Below, in pieces: positions 1-13,100 of a stretch of 52,651 nucleotides of DNA (position 1 is the first letter of the stretch; every line of letters begins with the position of its first letter). Location of the stretch: assembly GCA_038496445.1 (NCBI GenBank), contig JALMLS010000375.1:1-52651 (forward strand), read 5' to 3'. The stretch is from Trichosphaerium sp. ATCC 40318. Lineage: Eukaryota; Protista; Tubulinea. A program made the translations under genes and the position numbers. The notes below the pieces were generated by a model that worked only from the letters and a program-made list of their open reading frames with translations, did no database searches and had not been told where the DNA came from.

Positions 1-49
1 AACTGCACCTTGGCTAGCGCAAGAACCTGGCAAATTTCCAGGTGCAATC

Positions 50-2351
50 ATGACACTTGTTTGGATATGTATATACGCCTAACATTTTCTGAACGCAGTT
101 TAATTGAGATTTATGCAGTGTGTGCACTAGTCGCCTTATCATATCAATCCACGGCTTGATTTTGGTCCCGTTACATTTAATCCACAGTTTGCGAGCAAAG
201 AAGGAGTTGTGGGTGTTGCATGGGTACAAGGTAATGTATCTGGCAGTAGAACTCTTCAATTTACACATGACAAAGCGTAAGTGGCTATATTCAACATGAC
301 AGAGTTTTTAATTTGTTTTAGACAATTCCCTGTAGTGCTGTTTAGCGAAGCCGATGTAGGACCAAGATTAGAAGATCCTACGCCTGAATTTGAGCGTGTT
401 TGACAATAGATGGGTTATTAACTACGCAATTTCGGACTCAATGGGTAACACTCGCGTTTTAGTTGCACGGTACGTTTTGAGCGGACAATGGAGATCTCCA
501 AGTTAACTTTATTTAAAGTTCTCCTACAAACAATGTAGGAGAATGGGAAACAATAGACATTACGCCAGTGTTGCCGTATACATCAAAGATATATACATTT
601 AAAACATTTGGGACGAAACTGTAATAACAGTTCAAAACGAAACACAATACAGAGTGGCTATCCTCACTCAGGACGCAGTGACGTTTGAATATAGTGAAAA
701 ACATCCAGTGATAGTACCATAGTACGATACAGTTTAGTCATTCGTTAACAGATCTGCTTTGCTTTTGTTTTGTTGTCTAAATGAATTCCTTTGTAGCGAT
801 GCATTTCTTATAGAAGTTTCCGATTCTAAGATAGCGTTGTTGTGTATAAAAGAAAAAAGCAACAATGATGTACCATCTGCCCTATTTATAAAGGATTTCG
901 GAGTGGATAGCATGTGGACTCAAAGTGAAGCGCCGGATGGGTACAAAACTAACAATCGATTATATGCAATGATAGTAAGGTAACCTCATTCCAGACAACC
1001 TCGTCTGTGCTTTCTTGTGAAACAAATCAGTCATCTAACACTGTGCAAAACAGGCCAATGTATGTTCTAATCGCTCACATTTGGGATATTGAAGTAGGGC
1101 CTAAAAATATAGAGCTAGTGCAAGTCTAATTAAAGCTTGTTGCTTTGTGTTTACCTATTTGTAGATTCTGGCGATATGATATGCTAACTGAAACAAGCAC
1201 AAGCTTATCAACGTCTTTTACAGCTCATCCTAATGGTATTTATTACGACCCAGCACTAACTTATCACAATGGAACAATTTACTTAATGACGCACAAAAAG
1301 TAAGGCTACATTGTCCAAAATGACAAGTTTTGATTGACTTGTAATAGAACTAAAGGGCAAGAAATACGACATCTTTACCTTGCTACAACTACAGACAACG
1401 GAGATACTTGGTTGGGACCAGATGCACTACCTAATCCTGAAAACATAATATCAAGGAGAAGCAGATATATTATACCAAGCGGAGATGAGTTGTTGTACAT
1501 TTCAAAAGGAGACATGAGTTACTACTTCCAAACAGAATATCAAACAGATACAACTACCTTAACTTTACGGGTATTAACTTCGAACCTGAACCAACTGCAT
1601 CCCCTACCACGAATACCCCTACAACAATGAGTCCTACAACAGTTGCACCAGTATTTCAACAGTGCGCGAATTGTTTACTAAAAAATACTAACAATTGACA
1701 CTAGTGAATGTAATGTACCTTTGTCTGTTGGTGAATGCAGAGATGGCGTATGGTTTATAAACAAAAGTGTTATTTTCCCAGCAGACGCTGTATTACCTGG
1801 AACTATCATTGTAAATGGTTAGTTAGTAGTAATGGTAAAGTGGTTTATTTATAACTATTTTAGGTACTCTGTTCGGTGATGCGTTCGAAGGCGATGAGAC
1901 TACAAATATTACTGTATTGGGGTGCATCGAATCTGATGATGTTAGCATAGACCTCTTTGTAAACAAATCAAGCTTGCCTGAGGGAACAACAGAGATCACA
2001 TTGCTATCTTGGAGCACTATTGTAGCACACCACGTTTTAACGTTGATATCTCAGGTTCTAGATGTATTAAACAAGAAACAAGACGCACGTGATTAATGCA
2101 AGTACTCTGAAAACTCTAACACTCCATTAGTATCTTCCCTTATTATTGTTTTTGGCACTGAAACATCCTGTGTGCTCAGTTTAGAGGGGGATAAGGACAT
2201 TTCAACAACTACTATTATATGGGCTTCAGTTGTTGGTGGTACTCTTCTCATTGTATTTTTAGTAGTCGTCATTGTTGTGTCTGTGAAACCTGCTTGTATA
2301 TTCCCATTTGCAAAACCTCCGAATAGAGTTTATGCCCAACACAATGCGTAA
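50..2351 (+). pseudogene. Frameshifted copy of Asp-box membrane protein A (or sequencing-error copy)
   Basis: Same gene as 16711-19011, but the first splice donor is altered (TATATACG vs TAGTACG) and there are indels near 150, 388, 610, 1569 and 2010. Confidence 0.75.
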
Positions 2352-2461
2352 ATAAAAAATGCACTGTTAATCCACATAACAAAGGTCAATCTGAGATCCC
2401 AACAACATGTCCATTGTTAGTCTAATATGTGCGGCTTTTTTATTTTTACAATGCATTTTGG

Positions 2462-3982
2462 TCATTCGTATGGTTGGGCTATGCGAGCTGACAGTGGCCT
2501 TTTTGGTGGCTTCGAATAAGGGAAAATACATTCTGGTCGTACAACGACAAGTATGACGCCAACGATAACAATGACAAGCACTATAAGTCCTACACCAATC
2601 AGTGTAAGAATTTAATAAACAAAACAAGCGACTTACCAACAACAGCAATCCAGACAATATGGGCACTATTTCCGATCCCACTGTCTTTGTCTTCACACTC
2701 ATCTCCATAAGAAAATACTGCAACGAGAGAAGAACCTTGACATTCAACAGTAAGTACAACATTCAGAAACAATGAACAATATAAAGTACCCTCAATCATT
2801 GACTTATCACAATTTGCCGAAATGAACTTGACGCTTAGGTCAGGTACATCACAATTTGATCTCCATGTCAAGAGCTTCTTGTTGCGGTTGTCGAGAGTAT
2901 CTGTCATGTTTGCAAATACGACCACATTTATTGTATTTGGTGATAAAATACAACCATATGTTGTTATATTGGATTGTTCATCAAGAATAAGTCTTGGTGT
3001 AAAAATATTTCCTAAGAATCAACGTAAGTAAAGCTGTTACAACGGTTTTCCAACGTGTACAATACATACCTGTTACTATTATATTACCAGATAGTATCCT
3101 GTCAGCGGGCAACGTACTGTTACCTTCTAATACCCATGTACTGCCTATACAAGTAGCTCCATTAAGAGCAAGGGAATTGCAAGAACTTGTATTGGGAGAT
3201 GTTGTCACATAAGTTGGCACATAGGTTGGTACAACTGCAGGTGCATCGGTTGGCGGTACATCTGTAGGTGCATATGTTGGCGTAGCTGTTGTTGGTGTAT
3301 CCGTTGTTGTCCCGTTTGCAGTTCTCTGCATGGTTGGTGCGGTCACTATTGTAGGTTGTTCGTATGGTGGAAGACTGGTCATCGAGGAGGTCCTTCAAGT
3401 TCATCTATTTGGATGGTATTTGACAGTATTGTTAAGGTGACATTACTATCGTCACCAGCGGCCAAAGTATATTATATCATCTCCATATAAACCAACGCCG
3501 TAAGAACGCATGTCCGTGGCTGATAGCACCAAGCTATCACCCCATGTATTGCCAGATCTGTGGAATTACACTACGAAGTAATCGTACATTTGAGCTGATT
3601 CTGAAAAACAACCAATTAGTACGATGATATTTTGTTATGACGTGCTTTTCGTGGTATAGCAATATAACTTTATTGTTAATATATGCCAATCTAGGATTAA
3701 AGTAGGAGTGCCCAAGTGGTGGTACTAGCTCGTTTTGTATTGCTACATCTGTATTGCCTGTTAAGTTATGTCTCCAGAATCTATCCAAAAAAAAAAGTGA
3801 GATAAATCAAACGAAAAACGAAACTTGATGTCTTTTAACAACTTACGCTATTATGGCCAGTGCCTCATGGTTAAACCCTATCAATAGTACATCATCTCTT
3901 CATATTTTGTGAGTGGGTATTATTTTACAAATGATTTGTAACGTACATGATTACCAAGTCAAACAAGCGATTAAAAGTGTAA
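2462..3982 (-). pseudogene. 5'-truncated, frameshifted copy of Asp-box membrane protein B
   Basis: Matches the 3' part of 19122-21588. The continuous reading frame 19697-20449 is broken here by indels at ~3383, 3465, 3551 and 3570. Confidence 0.75.
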
Positions 3983-5329
3983 TCCTACAATATCACATTT
4001 AGACGCATAATTAACAAGGTTGAGGCGTACTGTAATACTTGTAAGTGACGTGTGGATAATGTTTGGGTATTTCAGTTGCGTCATCTGCTGGTAATACATA
4101 TAGTTTTACAGTTCCCACAACAAGTGTACTAGGTGCTATACAATGTACCGCACTATTTTCGATGTCTAGTACCGCAGGAGAGGTAACAGCACCAAAAAGA
4201 CCTTAAAACAAAAATTAACTTTCCAAAAATGGGTTTACAAGCAGCGTACATATGTATCCAACACTACGCATATCTGAGCGTAAACTATCTGCTGTCACTG
4301 TAACATTGGTGCGTCCACTTATAGGCCCAAGTAGCGGTGATATTGACTTTACTCTCGGAACGCCTACAACATCGTCAAACCAACTTAAACTCCTATACAA
4401 ATTTTGCACAAAAAAAAAACTAATTCTGTTTGGGTAAAATGACATACGACGCCATGCGTGTACAATAATCTTGGTTGAAGATAAACAAATATCATTATTT
4501 TCCAGGTCAAAAAACATTTGATTAGAGGATCCATACGCATACTGCGGCCAACCTATCCGCGAAAATTAGATTCAAAAACGAGCCACACTGCATTATACCC
4601 AGAGGAGGTGTAAACATATTGTCAGACTCTACCATGGTTTCAGCAATACAGTTTGGACACCGTAAGCAGTTAAACTGGAAGTCAACTGGAAGCACGTGTT
4701 TCCTTTTAACCACAGACGTTTGCATGCTCTACAACAAAAATTACAATTGCAATAAATAAAATAAATATATCTCGCTGTTTTTTGACATTTACGCACAATA
4801 GTTAACAAGGCAGTCTCGCTCGGCAAATCACACTTGAAAACGCCCCTCAGAATTACTGTTATGCCCGCTACGCGATAACCCGGAGGTGTGGGATCGTCAA
4901 ATGATCTACAATAACGCTGAGCGTGGGATACCATCAAATGATTTGACAGGTGTAAAGACATTTTTTGAAGCAACAATCAAACACAAAACGCAAAACGCCA
5001 AGCAATTGTCTATCTCGCCAAAAACTAGAGTACGTACTTAGAGATGGGATTCCAGCCCGAGAAAGAGCAAGCATAATTGTTAACATGCATCAACCCAGTT
5101 GGGCACTCGCTACAATAACGTATGCCGGCCGTAGAGTTCCACAGCAGCGTTACATTGAACTTCTCGTAATCAATAGGTTCAGATGGAGCGACTTGAACAG
5201 GGAAGGTTACCATAAGTGTTTTAAAACCAATCGCATACCTGGTGGAGCTGTTATGAGGGCGTACACTGGCGGACAAACGCATAGAACAAATAACACCGCG
5301 AGCGAAGTGCGGTGCGATGTAAAAAACAT
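3983..5329 (-). CDS. Secreted/receptor-like Cys-rich protein with IPT/TIG domain, 3'-truncated at the duplication junction
   Basis: Signal peptide MFFTSHRTSLAVLFVLCVCPPVYA, Cys-rich exons, then IPT-like VPRVKSISPLLGPISGRTNVTVTA...FGAVTSPAVLDIENSAVHCIAPS. GT-AG introns; the frame ends just after the 3982 junction. Confidence 0.6.
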
Positions 5330-5802
5330 TGGATAACCAATATTGGTCTGTTTGAGGGTAAACAAAGGCGTACAAAATAACAATAGTGGTGTGTTGACCA
5401 ACAAACTGCGTGTCAAAAAAAAAAACTTCTAACCGCTATTCATTGCTAGTTTCCTCGCGTTTTTAAACATTTGTGGACCTATTAACGTTTGTGGTGCTGT
5501 TTAGTGCCAAAAACATCCGTCACTGGCGGCCGCACGTGACGGTGCAATCTTGTTTCAAGAACGAGCAATTCAGGACGTGGCAATTACAAGTGTTCACCGT
5601 TTTGCATCACGTTCAGGTGAAACAAGGCCAATAAATGAAGCGTAAGGGGTTCTTTGCATCTTCATGAAGATTCGATTCGCTAATCTGCTCACACGCCCCT
5701 AAAAACCCGAACGAGAGATTGAAAACGCTCACAATCCACGTACAACTTAAAACAAAAAATCGTACCTTAAACGCGTTGCCACGTCAGAGAAAAACAGCAA
5801 AG

Positions 5803-7816
5803 ATGAACCTCGCAGCTTCTCTAGTAGTATTCCTTTTGGTCTGCGCCTCCGCATACGCTGATGACGTCGATGAGAGTGACGTAGTTGTACTCACCTCAGA
5901 CAACTTCCAAAGCACCATCGATGAAAACGAATTTGTACTAGTAGAGTTCTACGTACGTAGTTGTTTCGTGTGCTAGAAACGAAAAGTTTTCTTTGTTGGA
6001 TAAACTTGTCTAACACTTCAACCAAAACAGGCCCCATGGTGTGGACACTGTAAACGTCTTACTCCTGAATACGCAAAGGCCGCCACAGCCTTGAAAGCTG
6101 ATGGTGTTATCCTCGCCAAAGTAGACGCAACACAAGAAAGCGAACTCGCACAATCTCACGGCGTCCGTGGGTACCCAACTCTCAAATTTTTCCGGTACGT
6201 TAAACGCGATCGCGGTTAGATCTCTTTCTAGCGACTAAAGCGGGTTTAGTGGCGGTAACGAAGCCGAGTACGACGGTCCTAGAGACGCTGAAGGTATCAC
6301 CAAGTGGGTACAAAAGAAAACAGGTCCACCAGCTACAGTTCTTGATGGACAAGAAGCCGTAACTGAGTTCGTCGAGAAAGCCGGTACTCAAGTTATCGGT
6401 GTTTTCGCTGAGGAAGACGACGACTGTACGTTTTGTTATTTCTCGTTTTGATTGTTTTTTTTTACCAAGCTCGTAAAGTCAGTTTAACACTAAAATTATT
6501 CCCACCTCGACCTTGTTGTGCTATCGCGACAGCGTTAAAGGTGATGAGTCATCATTTTTAACGTTTGACCAGATCTTTGTTTTTTTTTGTATTTTTACTT
6601 CTTCTCCTATCAATCTGGAAGTTTTACCTTCTTACTCTGTATGTAGCCCACAAAGCTTTCATTGAAGCCGCTCTCAAAAGCGAACTTGGTGATTTTGAAT
6701 TTGGTGTCGTATTCAAAGCTGGTTCCAAACCAACATACACCATTTACATTGACAACAAAGACCCTGTCATCGCTGCTGATCATCACGATGCTGATGCTCT
6801 CACTGAATGGATCTTGAACGAGGGATTCCCAGTTTTGGTACGTCACCTATTTCTAGGTTTTTTTTTTTTTTTTGAAACAATTGATATCATAAAAAATCAT
6901 TCAACTAAACCTGTGCTTAGGCTGAATTCGGTCAAGCTACCTTCCAACGTGCCCAAAAACTCTCCCTTCCTTTGGCTGCTCTCTTTGCTGCTGAAGATGA
7001 TGAGGGCGCACTCAAAATTGTTGAAGACATTGCCCTCGAATACAAGGGTAAAGTCATCTTCACACCTGCTCTTGGTGAATCCAACGAGAAAACCGCTGAA
7101 CAATGGGGTGCTTCCGGCACAAAATTCCCAACTATGGTCTTCATTGACTTGCGTCCTGAAGCTGCTGGTGGTACAAGACCAGTCGCTTTCAGAGAGGAAG
7201 ATGAGTTCACCGCCGAAACTGCTGCCACATACATCAAAGAAGTTATGGCTGGCGAATACTCTGGTACGCTTCTCGTTTGACGAGTTATTTTTTTTTTGCA
7301 TTTTTTTTGTTGTTAAATCTCGACCTCCTTCTTTCAAACCGCCTTGACACTAAATGTTATCCAACAGGTTTCAGAAAATCTGAGGCTGTACCAGAAGACA
7401 ATGACGGTCCTGTCCGTGTTATTGTAGGATCTGTATTCGAAGAAGAAGTTTTCCAAGCTGACAAAGATGTTTTTGTTGAGTTCTACGCACCATGGTGCGG
7501 ACACTGCAAACGTCTCGCTCCAACTTGGGAAAAACTTGGTGAAGCTCTCGCTGAAACTGAAGGTGTTGTCATCGCTAAGGTTGATGCTACCGCCAATGGT
7601 TACCCTGATGAGATTGATGTCCGTGGATTCCCTACTCTCATGTACTTCAAAGCTGGCGAAACAGAACCAATCCCATTCAACGGCGACCGTGCTTTTGACG
7701 ACATTGCTGCTTTCATTGCCTCCACCACCGATCAAACTCTTCCAGAAGGTTTCGGAGAACCAACTGAGACTGAAGAAGAAGTTGAGGAAGACGAAGAGGG
7801 CCATGACGAGCTCTAA
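5803..7816 (+). CDS. PDI: Protein disulfide-isomerase (a-b-b'-a'), ER resident
   Basis: Signal peptide [19 protein letters not shown]; two [13 protein letters not shown] thioredoxin sites (the first split by intron 5953-6030); acidic tail ending HDEL*; 5 GT-AG introns. Confidence 0.96.
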
Positions 7817-8001
7817 ACTGTCCAAATCTTTTTTAACAAAAAGAGCTCCCCATTTTTCGGATACCCAAAAAAAACAACTTATGTACCCTTGTTTGAGGGG
7901 TAAATGATCTAGTAAAATATCCCTTTCAATTACTTGCGCGTCAGTATTATAATTTACCGGTAATGTCGTTTGTTGCAATGTCATTTATTTCAATCTTTAT
8001 T

Positions 8002-9734
8002 TTACAATAAATCCCTTCCCAAAGCACTGAGAATAAGCTCCATACCCATAGCTACTGTTGTGTTTACAGGTGCGCCCTCATAACTACCAGTAGCACCTAA
8101 TTTTAAAAGCGTTACTTGCAGTGCTAACTAAAATAGAAAAATCGTACATCTTAGCATTTGTGGTGAAATGGTTGGGTTAATCTCAGAGATGTCCATCGAG
8201 CGTAAAAGTTTGGTTTTTGCAATCTCTTCAAGTACGAATCTACTCTCTCTGTATGTCAAGCCTCCAAGTACCTTAGTACCTACCCAATGTATTAAGTAAA
8301 ACCAACTATAGTCAACATGGCTTTGAGACATTGTTTTTTTTTGTCAAATGAGTGAACACTTCGCTACATGACTGTCACAGTGTCGTACCGGTACCAGGAG
8401 CAACTAAAGGATCGATTGCTGACATGTCGAATATAACGTGAATTTCTTTATCTCTTCCTGGGTTAATAGCATCCAAAGCTAAATCCAAAACCTTTACAAT
8501 TAATTAACACCATAAAATGTTTTTTTTTTTTGCTATTTCAATTTGGTACCTTAGCTATACCGTATTTGTCGATGTGGTGCATGCTAAATACATGTGTGTT
8601 CTTTGCCTTGAGTTGCTGTTTTTCTACAGCATCTAAATCACGCACACCAATCATGGCCTAATTTTTTTTGTTAGTTTGTCACGACATACAAAAAAAAAGA
8701 AAAAAACCCATACAATACTATCATTATCTAGACCTGCGTATTCCTTCATAAAAGAAAATCCTGGTAGACCAGAGGCATCAAATGACTTCAATAGAGCGCC
8801 ACCTACCATACCATGCATAAATCTACACTCAAAGTAAATACGTAGGTAATCTTTGACTGAGGAAGTAAGATGAATAGTACCCTGTTTTTGAAGTGTCAGG
8901 AGTGTGCATATCTGCAAATGCAGATATCCATACTACACACATACTTGGATTAGCTTCGCGTAAGCTATAAGAAATAGGTCAGAAGCAGCGCTTGAAAAAA
9001 AAAACCAAATTTTTCTTTGTGCATTGATTAAAAAATTGATTACATATGTAACTACGCACGCAGATACAGTGCCAATACTAATGGTGTGGTCACCGCCAAT
9101 AGTTAAAACGAAATTGTCTTTGTTGCCGTCTTTACGCGCTAACTTGACTCTATCGTATATTTGCTTACAGGCATCGCCCACAGCTTGTGCATGTTGTACT
9201 TTTGACGCTCCTCTTGTCTGTTGTGGAGTAAATTAGTGTAAAGAACAAAAAACCTAAACTGTTCGTTTTTCTGTTTACAAAAATTAGAAAGTTTTTCTGT
9301 ACACGTTCGAATTGGTAAAAAAGTCATACACCGGTTATTGACGCATTGTTTGCGCTCTCAACTTGAATATTACAGTCGTGTGTCACAGGCCAGGCCATTT
9401 CTTGCAGGCGGTCTTTTATACCCAATTGTCTCATGACTTTTGGTCCTAATTCGACGCCTTGATCGCCAGTTAATATGTGTGAACTACAGGAAGGTGCAAA
9501 ATGGCGACATGAAGACATAGAGTGGTATTTTTCCGCTTTTCAGAATTGTTTGGTTACCTATCATTCCTTGCCCAAGAGATATTGGTGCACCAATGATAGT
9601 GCATGTTCTCTTGGTTCCAAAAACTTTGGAGACGCCGGAGGTTCTAAAAAGGTTAGTTATATGGTCCAGTATCATCAGCAAAGCTACTAGAAAGCGAATT
9701 TTTGAAAAGCGGTCATACGGTGTAACTTGGCCAT
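8002..9734 (-). CDS. Arginase/ureohydrolase-family protein with degenerate Mn-binding motifs
   Basis: Spliced motifs IIGAPISLGQ-GVELGP, TIGGDHTISIG, WISAFADMHTP, MHGM, IGVRDLD, FDMSAIDP, GGLTYRE, SEINP, ending SALGRDLL*. Confidence 0.9.
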
Positions 9735-10159
9735 CTTGTTCAATTGTTGTTGCCTACAAAGCTGTTACAAACGTATAAATAATGCGTCAAGACAAACCTT
9801 GGACATGATTATTTGCTCTGGATGTTGTTTGAAACGTTTTTTTTGACGCTTTTTTTTTTTTTTTTTTGTCGTTTTTCAGAAGTCAAACGCAGTATTTAAA
9901 AACGTCTGTCTCACGCGGCTAAGTCTCTTGTCAGTACGTACAATTTTGTCTGCGCTTGTTCTTTTGCGTTTTAAACGCGTTTGTGAGTCTTACCTTGGCA
10001 TAACTAGAGCAGACTCTTTTTTAGTTAAATTTTGTTTGCGCGATCAATGCGCTTGTTGTTTTCTCTTGTTAATGCGTTATGTAGTTGTAGCAATTGTGTG
10101 TCCAACGCAGCGTTTTTTTGTTTGACAGCCACAAATAAAAACCGAAATAACTTATCACA

Positions 10160-13100
10160 ATGGAGGTTGAGGTACATTTATAGCCTAAGATTGATTGTTC
10201 TGTACTTGGAGTTAAATTTAACTAAACCACTATCGAAGGGCGAATGGAGCGGCGTTACTGCCGGCGGTTGCGTCAACCACCCTACCTGGGTGTTTAACCC
10301 AAAGTATTTGTTTACTATACGACACAATCGCACTGTGACTTTAAAGATCCAGCAAGCTAAATCAGGAACTGCAATTGGATTCTACTTGTTCAAGGCTAAC
10401 GGTTGGTGCACTAAATTAAAGGCTATTTAAAAACTAATTTAATACAAAAACGCAGAAAATGGATTACTGGACCTGCATGACACAGAAACTAATTTAGTCA
10501 CTAAGAGCGGTTTCAAAACGTACGTAGGAAGTTGTCAAACTCCCGCTTTAGAAAACTCAGGAAAAAAAAAATCATACTCGCAGTACTATGCGCCATACTG
10601 CGTCTAACTCAAATTAGACGCAAGACAATCACTTGCACAGTAGATTTACAAAGAAATATAAAGTACATCTTAATGCCTTGTACTTTTGCACCTGGCGTTG
10701 CATCTTCCTACAAACTCATCTGCGACTACGGTAAAGGTAGTATGGTACCATTACCTAAAGAAAATCAATGGGAATACACTGAGGTTGAGGTACACTTTTT
10801 TTTTCGGAATTGTGCGAGCGATGGCTGGCACCTTGTTTTATTTTCCTACTGAATACTTGTTTAGGGCGAATGGCGTGATAACACGGCAGGAGGATGCAAA
10901 AATAACAAGTCCTTCAAGTACAATCCGCAGGTACAGCATACTAATTGATTGGCTGGTTTTATAACCTGTTTTTATCTTACATGAGTTTTTTTTTTAGTTC
11001 CATTTCTTGGTTGAGGAAGATGTAGACTGTACAGTCATTCTGTACAAAAAAGAAGACGATGAAGAAGAGAGTGACGAGGAAGAAAACTCAGATTACTTGG
11101 GTGTATATGTAGCAAATGCTCCTGGTACATAAATTATCCTTTTGTAGGAGCTACAACGTATTAACCTATAATTTAGATGAAAATGATTTGACATCATTTC
11201 CTAGCAAATCACTCGCTGTCACTCATGAATTTGTACAAGATGAAAGCGAAGAAAGTACGCGGTTGGCAACGCCTTCGAGTAATTATATTTATCGTCCTTA
11301 AGCTGCCCGCACATTCAAGCTATCGCCTGGACATTATAGCTTTGTTCCTTGTACTTTCAAGAGTGGCACAGAGGCTTCATTCGGCTTAATGGTGTTCACA
11401 ACAGCACCAATCAAATACCTTAAAAAGGATAAGCAAGCTGCACTCGCAGGTGCCGCTACAGAGGCCCTAGAAGTACGTATTGTTATTCTTTCGGTAAACC
11501 TATTTTAATTCCCTTTAGGAACTTGTTGCTGAAAAGAAACAACACTTAAAAACACAGCAAAAACTCACAGAGGCTGATGGCAAATTGGGTGAAGCCAAGG
11601 AAACTATTGAAGAACTTAATGTACTTTTTTGAGGATTTCTTTTTGTTGTTCTTAACAAGCTCTAGCAAACAATTGAGCTACTCAAAGATCAGCAGGCACA
11701 ATTGGCCGGAAACACTGGATCAGGTGATAGCAGCGGTAAGCTAAACGCAAAAACAGTAGGCGCATTGAACACAACGATGAAAGAGATTGTGACGGTACAT
11801 CAAACATGTTTATTTGTGATGTTGTGAAAACTCAGTGTTGTTAAGGGTATGCAACAAAATGCTAGAAAAGCTACTGTCAATGAATGGAAGGCAGAGAGGA
11901 AGAATTTTGCTGATTTCTTGCTTGCTCTCAGACACAGCTTTTTGGAAGATGCCGAAGAGGTAGTTGAAGAAAAACCTACAATCTGGAAGGAAACAAAGAC
12001 TGCTGAAGGTAGAGTGTACTACTACAACGTCATCACTCGCGAAACATCTTGGAAACCACCGGTCGCTATTCCTTTAGTGCCAGAAACAGAAGACGAAGAT
12101 CCAAAGGAAGAACAAAAGTACCATTTACCCCTTTTTTTACCAACTAATTTTCACAAAGGAAACCTGAATCTACCAGCCAAGCTCTTGTAGTTAAAAAGAA
12201 AAATCAACCGGGCAGTGTTGGAGATGGTGTGAAACAAAAAACAGTCCCTGTTACAGGTAACAAAAGGTTTTTGGAATGTCCAATATTTACGGGTGATGCT
12301 TAGGAAAGGAGATGCGTATAAAGGGCTCATTGACAGGCAGAAGTGCTGGTGGTTGTATGAACTATCCTACTTGGCGTTGGAACCCTCAAATATTTGTCAG
12401 TACCCCATCCGACACACGCATGACCGTAACGTTCGTATTTTTTTGCTTAAATGGTTTACTGGCTAACTCTCTTTCAACTTTAGTTTGAGCCAACCAGCAT
12501 CTAAGAATTTGCAAGATATATCATTCTATGTATTACACGAGGATAGACGTATGTCTGGTAGGCGTTTCGTAATGGCCAAAGATATAGAGGAGTCTACTAT
12601 CGCAAAGGGCGCCTTCAGACCCCAAGAGTCTTGCTCACTTGATGTTAACTTGCCAGGGTCTAAGCATCCTTATATCGTAATGCCTTGCACATTTGCACCA
12701 AACAAAGTACGCTCTTTCTTCAATCAATCACGTTTGTAAATCATATCTTTTAACTTCGTTGTACAGGAAGTTGACTATACACTTGATATTAAATCACAAG
12801 ATCCTTTAACTGTACAAGAAATTTGTAGAGAGGAACATGAATGGTTTACTGAGACTGTTGAGGTTTGCTGTCTTTCTTTTAAACACTCGTTGCTTATGAG
12901 GACTTCTTTTAGAGCGAATGGAAAGATGATACTGCTGCTGGATGTGCAAACCATGCTACATTCCTCAATAATCCTCAATATCAAGTTACAATCAAAGAAA
13001 AGTGCTGGCTACATATTCTTCTATTGCAAACCGAAGATGAGGACTTTGAAGAAGCCATAAACGTGTATATCCTTAAAGGAGACGGTACAATATCAGATAG

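Larger units (their letters stand above)
1..3982. repeat. Near-identical direct copy of 16662-20643 carrying scattered 1-nt indels
   Basis: 1 AACTGCACCTTGG matches 16662, and identity ends at ...TTAAAAGTGTAA (3982/20643). Identical ORFs appear in both copies (759/17417, 2367/19027, 2599/19259, 2822/19482). Confidence 0.97.

Noticed and set aside
6897-7984. Minus-strand ORFs of 101-216 aa overlapping PDI
   Set aside because: They are antisense shadows of a codon-biased gene and show no independent motifs.
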